NCBI GenBank assembly: GCA_013388635.1
Contig: JACAEX010000033.1
Coordinates: 2,356-66,355, forward strand
DNA length: 64,000 nt
Origin: Syntrophaceae bacterium
GTDB taxonomy: Bacteria > Desulfobacterota > BSN033 > UBA1163
Reading direction: 5' to 3'
In this document: in pieces, positions 29,035-38,025 of the stretch
How the letters are laid out: every line of letters starts with the position of its first letter
Numbering within the stretch: position 1 is the first letter of the stretch
Made by a program: the position numbers and the translations under genes
The notes under the pieces: model-generated
The model's input: only the letters and a program-made list of their open reading frames with translations
Told to the model about the DNA's origin: nothing
The model's database searches: none

Positions 29035-30534
29035 TCATGGGGAGTTCGTCAGAGCGTTGCGCTTCCAGAGTCTTTTAAAGATCGGTGTCAGCATCAGAAA
29101 GGCGGCCACAGAAAGCAAGGCGGCTGAAATGGGCTTTTCGAAAAAGATCGAGACCTCTCCTCCGGATGAGATCAACGACTGTTGCAGAGACCTTTCAAGG
29201 ATGGGGCCCAGGATCATGGAGAGGATCAGCGGAGCCGGCGGAAACCCTCCTTTTCGCATGAAGTATCCGAGGACTCCGAAGATGACCATCATCCCCACGT
29301 CAAATGCTGAATTCTTCACACTGTAGGCGCCGATCAAACAGATCGTCACCACGACCACAGCGAGGAAGTGGTAGGGAACCCGAAGCAGCCGAACCCAGAA
29401 GCCGATCAGAGGCAAATTGAGTCCAAGCAACATCAAATTTCCGATGTACATGGAGGCCACGACCCCCCAGAAGAGATTGGGATGCTCCTGGATCAGCAAT
29501 GGTCCCGGTCGTATCCCATGGATCATGAGCGCAACAAAGATCATGGCGATCGTCGCGTTTCCCGGGATCCCCAGCGTGAGAAGGGGAATGAAGGAGGAGG
29601 TGGAGGCTGCATTGTTGGCTGACTCCGGAGCAGCAACCCCCTCGATCGCTCCTTTGCCAAATTGTTCCGGATGCTTGGAGACCCGCTTCTCGACCGCGTA
29701 GGAGACGAAGGAGCTGATGATCGCCCCTCCACCTGGAAGCACACCGATGAAGAAGCCTAAGAGAGAACCTCTGACCACCGAGGCCCAGCACCTTCGCCAA
29801 TCCTCCAGAGTGGGAAGGAGCCTTTTTAAAGCGGTCTTGAAGATGTCTCTGACCTCCGGCGCCTCCAGATTGATCAGCACCTCGGAGATGCCGAAGAGGC
29901 CCATGGCGACCACAACGAAATCGAACCCATCGGTGAGACGGGAGAGGCCAAAGGTGAATCGCGTGGCGCCGAGCACAGGATCAATGCCCACAGTTCCCAG
30001 GAGGAGGCCCAGACCACCCATGACAAGCCCTTTGACAATCGATTCCTCAGAGAGGTAGACCGCCATCATCAGGCCTAAAAGAATGAGCGAGAAGTATTCA
30101 GGGGGGCCGAACTTGAGGGCGAAGCTGGCCAGTGTCGGTGCCACCAGGGATAGGCCGAAGATGCTGATCGTTCCAGCGATGAATGAACCCATGGCAGATA
30201 TGCCAAGGGCCGGGCCTGCCCGGCCCTGTCTGGCCATCTTGTATCCGTCGAGACAGGTGACCACAGAGGCAGCTTCGCCAGGGATGTTGAGAAGGATCGA
30301 TGTGGTCGATCCGCCGTACATCGCTCCGTAGAAGATCCCTGCCAACATGATGATCGCAGCAGTCGGATCCATCTTATAGGTAAGAGGCAGGAGCAGTGCC
30401 ACTGTGGCCGGTGGCCCCAGACCGGGTAAAACCCCGATCGCTGTTCCGATCACGGCGCCCAATGCTGCAAAGATCAGATTCCATGGGTTGAGGGCTATGG
30501 AAAAGCCGTTGCCAAGGTTGGTCAGAAAATCCAT
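29035..30534 (-). CDS. tctA: TTT large permease
   Basis: GVLPGLGP, YGAMYGGS, NIPGEAAS, GVAAPESANNA. Confidence 0.93.
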   Translation of the reverse strand: MDFLTNLGNGFSIALNPWNLIFAALGAVIGTAIGVLPGLGPPATVALLLPLTYKMDPTAAIIMLAGIFYGAMYGGSTTSILLNIPGEAASVVTCLDGYKMARQGRAGPALGISAMGSFIAGTISIFGLSLVAPTLASFALKFGPPEYFSLILLGLMMAVYLSEESIVKGLVMGGLGLLLGTVGIDPVLGATRFTFGLSRLTDGFDFVVVAMGLFGISEVLINLEAPEVRDIFKTALKRLLPTLEDWRRCWASVVRGSLLGFFIGVLPGGGAIISSFVSYAVEKRVSKHPEQFGKGAIEGVAAPESANNAASTSSFIPLLTLGIPGNATIAMIFVALMIHGIRPGPLLIQEHPNLFWGVVASMYIGNLMLLGLNLPLIGFWVRLLRVPYHFLAVVVVTICLIGAYSVKNSAFDVGMMVIFGVLGYFMRKGGFPPAPLILSMILGPILERSLQQSLISSGGEVSIFFEKPISAALLSVAAFLMLTPIFKRLWKRNALTNSP

Positions 30535-30611
30535 TCAACACCTCAGGCCCTGAAAACCTCCTAAATAAAGGCGCTTAACCTGATTTTTCATAACTTCAAC
30601 ACCTTCTGATC

Positions 30612-31067
30612 TCAAAGGCCGAACCTTGTCAAGATGCCAGCAGGCAGGGTGATTCCTAAGAGCCAGTCAAAAAGCAGATACGTTCCGATCGATAGAACCA
30701 GGCTCGTGACCAGGAGCGCCCGCCAAGACTTTATACCCATGATCCGAAGCACCACCGCGATCAGAAAAGGGGAGGCGAGCACATAACCCAAAGGTTCCAA
30801 GACCGCTACAAAAGCAGCCAAGACAGCGATGAGCATGGCAGGCCGCTTGATCTCTCCAAGGCCTATCCTCCTTTTGCTTCGGCCGAGCCAACCCTGGACA
30901 AAGATGATCGACGAAAGGATGACGATAATAGCACCGCTCAGGAAAGGGAAGAAGCCTGGCTGGGGCTCTGTGGGTGTTCCCACGCGAAGCCCGATCGCTC
31001 CGATGATCGCGCCGATTCCCAATAGGATGAGAAAAAGGCTCCCCAGAATATCGGTCAGGTTTTTCAT
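30612..31067 (-). CDS. tctB: TTT small permease
   Basis: PQPGFFP motif, 4 TM segments. Confidence 0.88.
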   Translation of the reverse strand: MKNLTDILGSLFLILLGIGAIIGAIGLRVGTPTEPQPGFFPFLSGAIIVILSSIIFVQGWLGRSKRRIGLGEIKRPAMLIAVLAAFVAVLEPLGYVLASPFLIAVVLRIMGIKSWRALLVTSLVLSIGTYLLFDWLLGITLPAGILTRFGL

Positions 31068-31103
31068 GCCGGCTGACCCCCCCGAAAAGATCGACATCCC
31101 TTT

Positions 31104-32057
31104 CTATTTCTTAAAGATCTTTCCTAACTCCTTATGGGTTTCAAACTCCTCCCGCCAGTATTTCGTGATCTCCTCGGATCCCAGGTAATGGAAATCGTCT
31201 CCAAGCTTCTTGATCATGGCGATTGCGGACCTGTCCTCTGTCATCTTCTTGAATGCCAGAGCCAGTTTTTCAATGATCGGCCGGGGCGTACCCTTTGGGG
31301 CCATGATCCCCTTCCAGAGGAGATTGACGATATTGACCCCTTCTTCTTTCAATGTTGGGACGTCAGGAAGGTCGGGATCGCGCCTGGTGTCCGAGACGGC
31401 TAAGGGTCGAAGTTTTCCAGCCTTGATATGGGGCAGGGTCTGGGTAGGTGCGAGGACCACGATATCAATATGGCCGCCAAGGATCCCGAGAAGCGCCTCG
31501 CCGCCTCCATCGTACGGGACGACCTTAGTCGTAATACCGGTCTGATGCATGATCTGTTTCCAGCAGAGATCTGGTCCTCCCCATACTCCTGCATGGCCAA
31601 ATTTGAGTTGGTTGGGATGGGCCTTCGCATACTGGATCAGTTCTTTAAAGGTTTTGTAGGGCGCATGGGTAGGGACGAGGACGAACATCGGAGCGTAATT
31701 GATCCGGCAGACAGCCACCAGATCGTCCGGACCCTTTGATCGGCCTTCGATGGCCGGAAGGGTGGTGTTCGGTCCCGGGCCACCCATCAGCAACGTATAT
31801 CCGTCTGGAGCGGCCTTTGCGACCATTTCAGAAGCGATCGCCCCTCCTCCACCGGGCTTGAGCTGGATGACGATCGGCTGTCCGAGATGATCCGGGGCTA
31901 CGCTGACCAGTGCCCTTGCGGTCAGGTCGCTTGCGCCACCCGGTCCGAACGGGATGATCAGGAGCACGGGTTTGGTCGGAAATTCCTGAGCTTGGACAGA
32001 ATGAACGCAAAAAAGAGAGAGAAGAAAGAGGCTGAGAAGAAGAGATCTTTTTTTCAT
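31104..32057 (-). CDS. tctC: TTT substrate-binding protein
   Basis: FPTKPVLLIIPFGPGG, KPGGGG, PDGYTLL, WKGIMAPKGTP. Confidence 0.9.
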   Translation of the reverse strand: MKKRSLLLSLFLLSLFCVHSVQAQEFPTKPVLLIIPFGPGGASDLTARALVSVAPDHLGQPIVIQLKPGGGGAIASEMVAKAAPDGYTLLMGGPGPNTTLPAIEGRSKGPDDLVAVCRINYAPMFVLVPTHAPYKTFKELIQYAKAHPNQLKFGHAGVWGGPDLCWKQIMHQTGITTKVVPYDGGGEALLGILGGHIDIVVLAPTQTLPHIKAGKLRPLAVSDTRRDPDLPDVPTLKEEGVNIVNLLWKGIMAPKGTPRPIIEKLALAFKKMTEDRSAIAMIKKLGDDFHYLGSEEITKYWREEFETHKELGKIFKK

Positions 32058-32093
32058 TATGTTCTCCTTATCTTGATCTTGGTTTTGGTTTAT

Positions 32094-33221
32094 TTAACGA
32101 TAGAACTCATCCAGGTCAATGGGGAGCTTCAGTGCGTGTCCCCGCTCTGCTGAGAGATCCATGGCCATGGTCAGAACGAGATTCCGATGCCCATCCTCAG
32201 CCGTGGCATGGGGCGTTTCGAGCCCTGTGCAGAGCCGGGCAAACCATGAAATGGTCTCCTCCCGCATCGGTCCCCAGAGCTGGCCAAAGGCCACATCTCC
32301 AGGAGGAAAACTCCCGAGGAAATCGACGTGGCGTTCGAAGTCTGGCTTGTAACCCTCGGGTCTATAGCCAGCCCACTGGGGAAGTTCTGAGGCGATGATC
32401 ACGTCTCGATGGGTATCGTCGATGTCGATCACCCCTTTGGTTCCAACAATTCCAACTTCAATTCCGTAAACCGCCCCTGGCCAGACGATCGGCAGGGCCC
32501 AGCTGATGTTCATGCTCCAGATGGTGCCGTCCTTAAACGTGAAGAGACCGAAGGTGGAATCTTTCGTTCCCCACTGACCCAGGGCTTTATCGACCGAGCG
32601 GGCATAGACCTCCACTGGTTCCTTTCCCTCCAACATCCACATCGTCAGATCGAGACTGTGGGTGCCTGAGACCACCATAGGGGTGAGATGCCTCCGTTCC
32701 TTTGCCCGGCTCACTGTCGGGATGGGGACCATGCGGTTCATGAAAGCCCTGGTCACGACCGATGTCACCTCACCGATCTGGCCGCTCCTCAGTTTTTCTT
32801 TCACCCCTAAGAATCGGCGTCGAAAACGATTGGTATAGCCCACGACCGCGTCAACTCTGCTCTTCTGGATGGCGGTGAGGACCTTGAGGGATTCCTTCAC
32901 ATCCGTGGCCAGTGGTTTTTCGATCAACAGGTCATGCGCTCGCTCCACAGCAGTCAGGGTGGGACCGACATGGTTGGTCTCGTCCGTGGAGATGATGGTC
33001 GCTGTGATCTCAGGACGTCTGAGAAGCTCCCTGTAATCGGTGGTGTAGAAATCGGCCTTCACATCCTCGGCAAGCTGTTTGACCAGATTCTCTTTCACAT
33101 CGCAGAGGCCGAGCCAGGCCACCCCGGGATAACTCCGGGCGAAGAGCGTCCGGATACGACCGATGGTACCGCATCCGACCACTGCCAATCCAATCTCTTT
33201 CTTATGCCCTTTCTTTTCCAT
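32094..33221 (-). CDS. Gfo/Idh/MocA family oxidoreductase
   Basis: LAVVGCGTIG, LIEKPLA, GYTNRF, SGTHSLD. Probable start MEKK at 33221. Confidence 0.87.
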   Translation of the reverse strand: MEKKGHKKEIGLAVVGCGTIGRIRTLFARSYPGVAWLGLCDVKENLVKQLAEDVKADFYTTDYRELLRRPEITATIISTDETNHVGPTLTAVERAHDLLIEKPLATDVKESLKVLTAIQKSRVDAVVGYTNRFRRRFLGVKEKLRSGQIGEVTSVVTRAFMNRMVPIPTVSRAKERRHLTPMVVSGTHSLDLTMWMLEGKEPVEVYARSVDKALGQWGTKDSTFGLFTFKDGTIWSMNISWALPIVWPGAVYGIEVGIVGTKGVIDIDDTHRDVIIASELPQWAGYRPEGYKPDFERHVDFLGSFPPGDVAFGQLWGPMREETISWFARLCTGLETPHATAEDGHRNLVLTMAMDLSAERGHALKLPIDLDEFYR

Positions 33222-33237
33222 GCATTCCCCCCATCTT

Positions 33238-34011
33238 TTATCGAAGGTACCTCCCTCCGCTGACATCGATCGTGATCCCCGTGATGTAACTCGATTCATT
33301 CGATGCGAGGAAGACGACCACAGAGGCCACTTCCTCTGGAGTCCCCAGCCTGCCCAATGGAATTCCGGAGAGGACCTTCTGTTTCTCCTCCTCGCTCTTT
33401 CCATCCCAGAGGGATTGGATCCGATCGCCGGTCATGGTCACGGTAGGAGCCACGGCATTCACCCGGATCCCTGCCTTTCCCCAATCGTAGGCAAGTTGAC
33501 GGGTCAATCCTTCGACCCCTGCCTTGGCCGCGGTATATTGGACCCCTGCCAGTGAAGCCCTCCAATGGCCAGCCAGAGCGGAGATGTTGACGATCACCCC
33601 GCCTCCCTGTTTCACCATCTCCGGGATGACCGCCTGGCAGCATAAGAACGTTCCCTTGAGATTGACATCGACCACAAGGTTCCAATCCTTTTCCTCGATC
33701 TCCTCGAGGAGGTAGGGTGTGTTCAGTGCGCCTCCGGCATTGTTCACCAGGATGTCGATGCTTCCCCAGAGGTTCTTCATCTCCTGGACAAAGAGGAGGA
33801 CATCGGACTTATGGGTGACGTCCACCCTTTTACCGATCACCCGGCCGGACTTCGGGTCAAGCTGCCTGGCAGCCTCAACCGCCCCCTTCTCATCGATGTC
33901 GAGGATTGCCACGCGCGCCCCTTCCTGATAAAGGGCCCTGGCGATCGCGAACCCCATGCCCCGTGCTGCTCCTGTGACCATGGCGTTCTTGTCGAGGAGG
34001 CGTTTACACAT
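33238..34011 (-). CDS. Short-chain dehydrogenase/reductase (SDR)
   Basis: TGAARGMG, LVNNAG, YTAAK (YxxxK), RVNAVAP. Confidence 0.93.
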   Translation of the reverse strand: MCKRLLDKNAMVTGAARGMGFAIARALYQEGARVAILDIDEKGAVEAARQLDPKSGRVIGKRVDVTHKSDVLLFVQEMKNLWGSIDILVNNAGGALNTPYLLEEIEEKDWNLVVDVNLKGTFLCCQAVIPEMVKQGGGVIVNISALAGHWRASLAGVQYTAAKAGVEGLTRQLAYDWGKAGIRVNAVAPTVTMTGDRIQSLWDGKSEEEKQKVLSGIPLGRLGTPEEVASVVVFLASNESSYITGITIDVSGGRYLR

Positions 34012-34038
34012 CTTACTCTCCTTTAAATCAACCCTCTC

Positions 34039-34791
34039 TTAAGCCTGTAGCCTTCGTGAGATCTCTCCCGTTCTCTTCCCCTTAACAGGAGGAGAGGAGC
34101 GGTAGAGGACCTTCAGAAATTCTTTTCCGATGTCTGAGAGGTGTCCTGCCATCAGACGGCGAGCCCGGGAGGCATCGCCCTCTTTGATCGCCTCGAAGAT
34201 GCGCTGATGGTAGTGGAGGGACCGTCTACTGATGTTCGACTCCTGAATGACCAGAGCGATATTCTCCTTAAGCAGGTCCCTTATCTTTTGGATGAAGTCG
34301 TAGAGGATGCTGTTTTTGGCCGCCCTGGCAATCGAGAGATGGAAGCGATAGTCAGCCTCGATGAAACCCGCTGCATCGCCGATCTGAGATTCCATCTGAC
34401 GAAGACTTTCTTCGAGGGCCCTCATATCCTCCGGCTCCGCCCTTTTGGCTGCTGAGGCAGAGAGCTCGGTTTCAATGATCTGACGGACCTCGATGATCTC
34501 TGCGATGTTCCATTCCTGCTGGGACCTGGCGAAGGGAAGGGAGGAGGTTGACTTCCAGAAGGAGTCCGGAGTCACATAGAGCCCCCTGTTCCTCCTCTCA
34601 AGATACCCCATATGAACCAGGGCATTGAGGGCCTCCCTCAACGAGCTCCGGCTGGCAGAAAGCTGCGAGGCCATCTCGATCTCCGGAGGGAGTTTCTGGC
34701 CAGGTGCGAGCTCGCCAGAAAGGATGGCGGTTCGAATCTGATCCAGGATGCCATCGGAAACCAGGATTTTTTCGACCGGTTTCAACCCCAT
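34039..34791 (-). CDS. GntR/FadR-family transcriptional regulator
   Basis: LAPGQKLPPE..MASQLSASRSSLREAL HTH followed by an FCD domain (DYRFHLSIA). Confidence 0.9.
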   Translation of the reverse strand: MGLKPVEKILVSDGILDQIRTAILSGELAPGQKLPPEIEMASQLSASRSSLREALNALVHMGYLERRNRGLYVTPDSFWKSTSSLPFARSQQEWNIAEIIEVRQIIETELSASAAKRAEPEDMRALEESLRQMESQIGDAAGFIEADYRFHLSIARAAKNSILYDFIQKIRDLLKENIALVIQESNISRRSLHYHQRIFEAIKEGDASRARRLMAGHLSDIGKEFLKVLYRSSPPVKGKRTGEISRRLQA

Positions 34792-35068
34792 GCTTCTTTC
34801 CTCTCCAATCTGAAAGCGATTCTCGACCGCCTGACCGATTCCCTGCATTCCGAGAGAATCGTGCCGGTTTGTGGTCTCTCCATATGATAGTCGGTTTGTC
34901 GGGCAGTATAACCAAAGGCATCATCCCTGTCAACCCTTTTTCGCGCTCCTCGGCTGTGATTCAGAGAAGAGACCCCAGAGAGGGAAGTAGAAAAGAATTA
35001 CAAAGCTTATGGATTGACGCTGGGTATATCGGGCGACGGAGCTGCGTAGGAAGGGAGGTAAGCGGCTC

Positions 35069-36667
35069 TCATGCCTGGACCGGCTTGGGCAGCACCTCTT
35101 CTTTTCTCCCCTGGCTCAGGACCTTCCCTTTATGGATTCGAATCACGTGGGTGATACAGTCCAGGATCTCGTCCCTGTGATTGGTCACGTAGAGGAGGTT
35201 GGTTTGGGTATGGCCGATCCGCTCCAGTATTTCTAAGACCCTTTTGCGGTTGGGGATATCCAGGCCATGACAGGGTTCGTCTACAATCAATAAGGCCGGT
35301 GACTTGACCATGGCCCGGGCCAGGAGGATCAGCCGCTTCTGGCCATAGGAGAGATGATGATAGGGCCGATGGGCAATGTCTTCGATATGGAGGGTCTGAA
35401 TCCATCGGTCAACGATCTCCTTCTCCTCTGTCGTAGGATATTGATACAATCCGATGGAGTCGTAAAACCCGGACGCGATGACGTCATAGGCGCTCATCTT
35501 TTTGCGGTACTGGATCTGCAACTCCGAGGAGACGGCTCCAATCCTTTCCCTGATCTCCCAAAGGGATTCTCCGGTGCCTTTCCGTTTTCCAAAGAGCGTG
35601 ATCTGATTTGCATACCCCTGCAGGTTTTCGCCCAGGATCAGCCTTAGGATCGTGGATTTGCCCGAGCCGTTAGGCCCCAGGATCGCCCAGTTCTCTCCCC
35701 GCCTCATCACCCAGTTCAACCCATCGAGTACGACATGACCATCGTATTGGACCGTGGTATCCCTCATCTCGATCAGGGTCTCCGGAAGGTCCTGGTGTAC
35801 CTCCTCACTCAGGAGGCCGCTGTCGATGGGTTCCTTCTTCTCGGTTTCGTAGGAGACACGGTACGTCCCGTCCTCTTTCTCAAGCCGAAGCTGACATCCG
35901 TAAAGCCGACTGATATTTTCAGAGGTCAAGATCTCATCTTTTGGGCCCTGCATAAAGAGCTGGCCGTCTCTGACGAAGAGGAGATGGGTGATGGGAGGAA
36001 GGATCTCCTCCAATCGATGGACGACGAGGACGACCCGCAAGGCGCTTGCCATCAGACGATGGATCGATTCTCTCAGGGTTTGACGGGAGGCCTCATCGAG
36101 CCCATCGAAGGGCTCATCTAAGATTAGGAGCTTTGGGGATTTCATCAGAGCCCGGGCGATCAATACCTTGCGCATCTCTCCGGTTGATAGAGAGGTGATG
36201 CCGCGATGGAGGAGAGGCTGGATTGAGAGAAGGTCTGCGATCTCTGCGCATCTCTTCTGATCAGAGGATGAGAGGGTTCGATCTGCAGGGAGTCCGGAGA
36301 AGATCACATCCCGGGCCGTCGTGCCCTCATCATTCTTGCTTGCGAAGGCACGAAGATCCTCCTGGATTCCTTCATGTTCCATGAGGACCTGATGCGTCTC
36401 AAAAGAGACATAGCCGATCGTATCCCGTTGGGGCGCTGAGGAGAGATCTGTTTCGGAGCCCAAGAAGTTAAAGAGGATGCGGCCGCTTCGGAGAGGGACC
36501 CCTCCCCAGAGGGAACGAACAAAGGTCGATTTCCCGGCCCCATTCGGTCCAAGGATTGCCCAGTGCTCGTCCGCGTGGATCTGCCACGAGCTGTTCTGGA
36601 GGATCGTTCGATCCTGCAGACGAAGCGTCGCATTATCGACGGTGAGGAATGGCCTTTTCTTGGACAT
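35069..36667 (-). CDS. Twin-domain ABC ATPase, ModF-like
   Basis: Two ABC cassettes: GPNGAGKS/LSTGEMRK/LDEP and GPNGSGKS/LSYGQKR/VDEP. The start codon is uncertain (36667 or 36688). Confidence 0.85.
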   Translation of the reverse strand: MSKKRPFLTVDNATLRLQDRTILQNSSWQIHADEHWAILGPNGAGKSTFVRSLWGGVPLRSGRILFNFLGSETDLSSAPQRDTIGYVSFETHQVLMEHEGIQEDLRAFASKNDEGTTARDVIFSGLPADRTLSSSDQKRCAEIADLLSIQPLLHRGITSLSTGEMRKVLIARALMKSPKLLILDEPFDGLDEASRQTLRESIHRLMASALRVVLVVHRLEEILPPITHLLFVRDGQLFMQGPKDEILTSENISRLYGCQLRLEKEDGTYRVSYETEKKEPIDSGLLSEEVHQDLPETLIEMRDTTVQYDGHVVLDGLNWVMRRGENWAILGPNGSGKSTILRLILGENLQGYANQITLFGKRKGTGESLWEIRERIGAVSSELQIQYRKKMSAYDVIASGFYDSIGLYQYPTTEEKEIVDRWIQTLHIEDIAHRPYHHLSYGQKRLILLARAMVKSPALLIVDEPCHGLDIPNRKRVLEILERIGHTQTNLLYVTNHRDEILDCITHVIRIHKGKVLSQGRKEEVLPKPVQA

Positions 36668-36732
36668 GGAACGTTCCGTGCCTCTCATTGGCTCTTCGGA
36701 AAAACCGGACGATGAGGCGAGAGGTCTGGAGA

Positions 36733-37791
36733 TCAGGCTTCCCTCTTCCAGTTTTCGGGTCGGAGTTCTCTCACCTTCTCGCCTGCCTTCCACATCTCAA
36801 GATTGGCCATCTCTGCCAGTTCTGCATTCAATTTCTGCCGGTAGTCGGGCTGACTGTTCCTCTCGAGAACGATCCGGGCTTCTGTTCCGTCAGCCACACG
36901 TTTGTAGAGCTCCGTAAAAAGAGGGGCCACGGCATCGCGAAACCTTCCCTTCCAATCCAGGGCGCCCCGCTGGGAGGTTGTGCTGCAGTTGGCATAGAGC
37001 CAGTCCATTCCCTTTTCTGCAGCCAGCCTGATCAGACTCTGGGTGAACTCCTCGACCGTCTCATTGAAGGCTTCGCTGGGGCTATGGCCATGCCTTCGGA
37101 GTTCGTTGTACTGTGCCTCCATGATCCCCTCGATCGCTCCCATTAAGACGCCCCGCTCGCCCACCAGATCGCTATAGACCTCTTTCTCGAAGGTGGTGTA
37201 GAAGAGATATCCTGAACCGATGGCAATTCCAAGGGCGAGCACCTTTTCTTCCGCCTTGCCGGTATAGTTCTGGAAAATGGCATAGCTCGCATTGATGCCG
37301 CTGCCCTCGAGGAAGTTTCTTCGCACGGAAAGGCCTGAACCTTTTGGGGCGACCATGATGACGTCGATATTCTTCGGCGGGACAACGCCCGTTAGATTCC
37401 GGTAGGTGATTGCAAAACCATGGGAGAAGAAGAGGGTTTTGCCCTCGGTCAGATGGGGTTTGAGCTTTGGCCAGAACTCTTTCTGCCCGGCATCCGAAAG
37501 GAGATACTCGATGATCGTCCCCTTTGCAGCAGCCTCTTCCAATGGGAAGAGCGTCACCCCGGGCATCCAGCCATCCCTCACCGCCCTCTCCCATGAAGGG
37601 GTGTTCGGCCGCTGACCGACGATGACACGGATTCCGTTATCTCTCATGTTGAGGCTCTGCCCCGGTCCCTGGACCCCGTATCCCAGTACTGCGACCGTTT
37701 CATTCTTCAGAACCTCCCGCGCCCTTGAAAGCGGAAATTCCTCTCGAGTGACCACCTGTTCATCCACTCCCCCGAAATTGATAATCGCCAT
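36733..37791 (-). CDS. ilvC: Ketol-acid reductoisomerase
   Basis: VLGYGVQGPGQSLNMRD, FSHGF, VAPKGSG, YSDLVGERGVLMG, EAFNETVEE. Confidence 0.95.
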   Translation of the reverse strand: MAIINFGGVDEQVVTREEFPLSRAREVLKNETVAVLGYGVQGPGQSLNMRDNGIRVIVGQRPNTPSWERAVRDGWMPGVTLFPLEEAAAKGTIIEYLLSDAGQKEFWPKLKPHLTEGKTLFFSHGFAITYRNLTGVVPPKNIDVIMVAPKGSGLSVRRNFLEGSGINASYAIFQNYTGKAEEKVLALGIAIGSGYLFYTTFEKEVYSDLVGERGVLMGAIEGIMEAQYNELRRHGHSPSEAFNETVEEFTQSLIRLAAEKGMDWLYANCSTTSQRGALDWKGRFRDAVAPLFTELYKRVADGTEARIVLERNSQPDYRQKLNAELAEMANLEMWKAGEKVRELRPENWKREA

Positions 37792-38025
37792 GAGCCAAGC
37801 CTCCTGAAATTTTGAAATTGACTTCCAATATTAAGCCATTTCAAAATGAAACGCAACCTCTCGGCAATCTCGAAGGGGGATAGGCGGGCCGGAGAAGCCC
37901 GGGAGGGAGGATCGAGAATTCAAACCCTGTTGCAATTTTGGGGATTATGGGTGAAAATTTCCAGGGTAAGATCAGCACACCTTGAAGGCAAATTCCTTAG
38001 CCGACAGGGGCAGGAGGGATGAGAG

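Noticed and set aside
22691-34011. Mycofactocin system (creatininase, Zn-ADH and SDR together)
   Set aside because: No MftA precursor (IDGxCGVY), MftB or radical-SAM MftC is in the window.
35069-36667. Molybdate/tungstate uptake system for the AOR
   Set aside because: Only a ModF-like twin ATPase is present, with no binding protein or permease. ModF-like proteins are not established importers.
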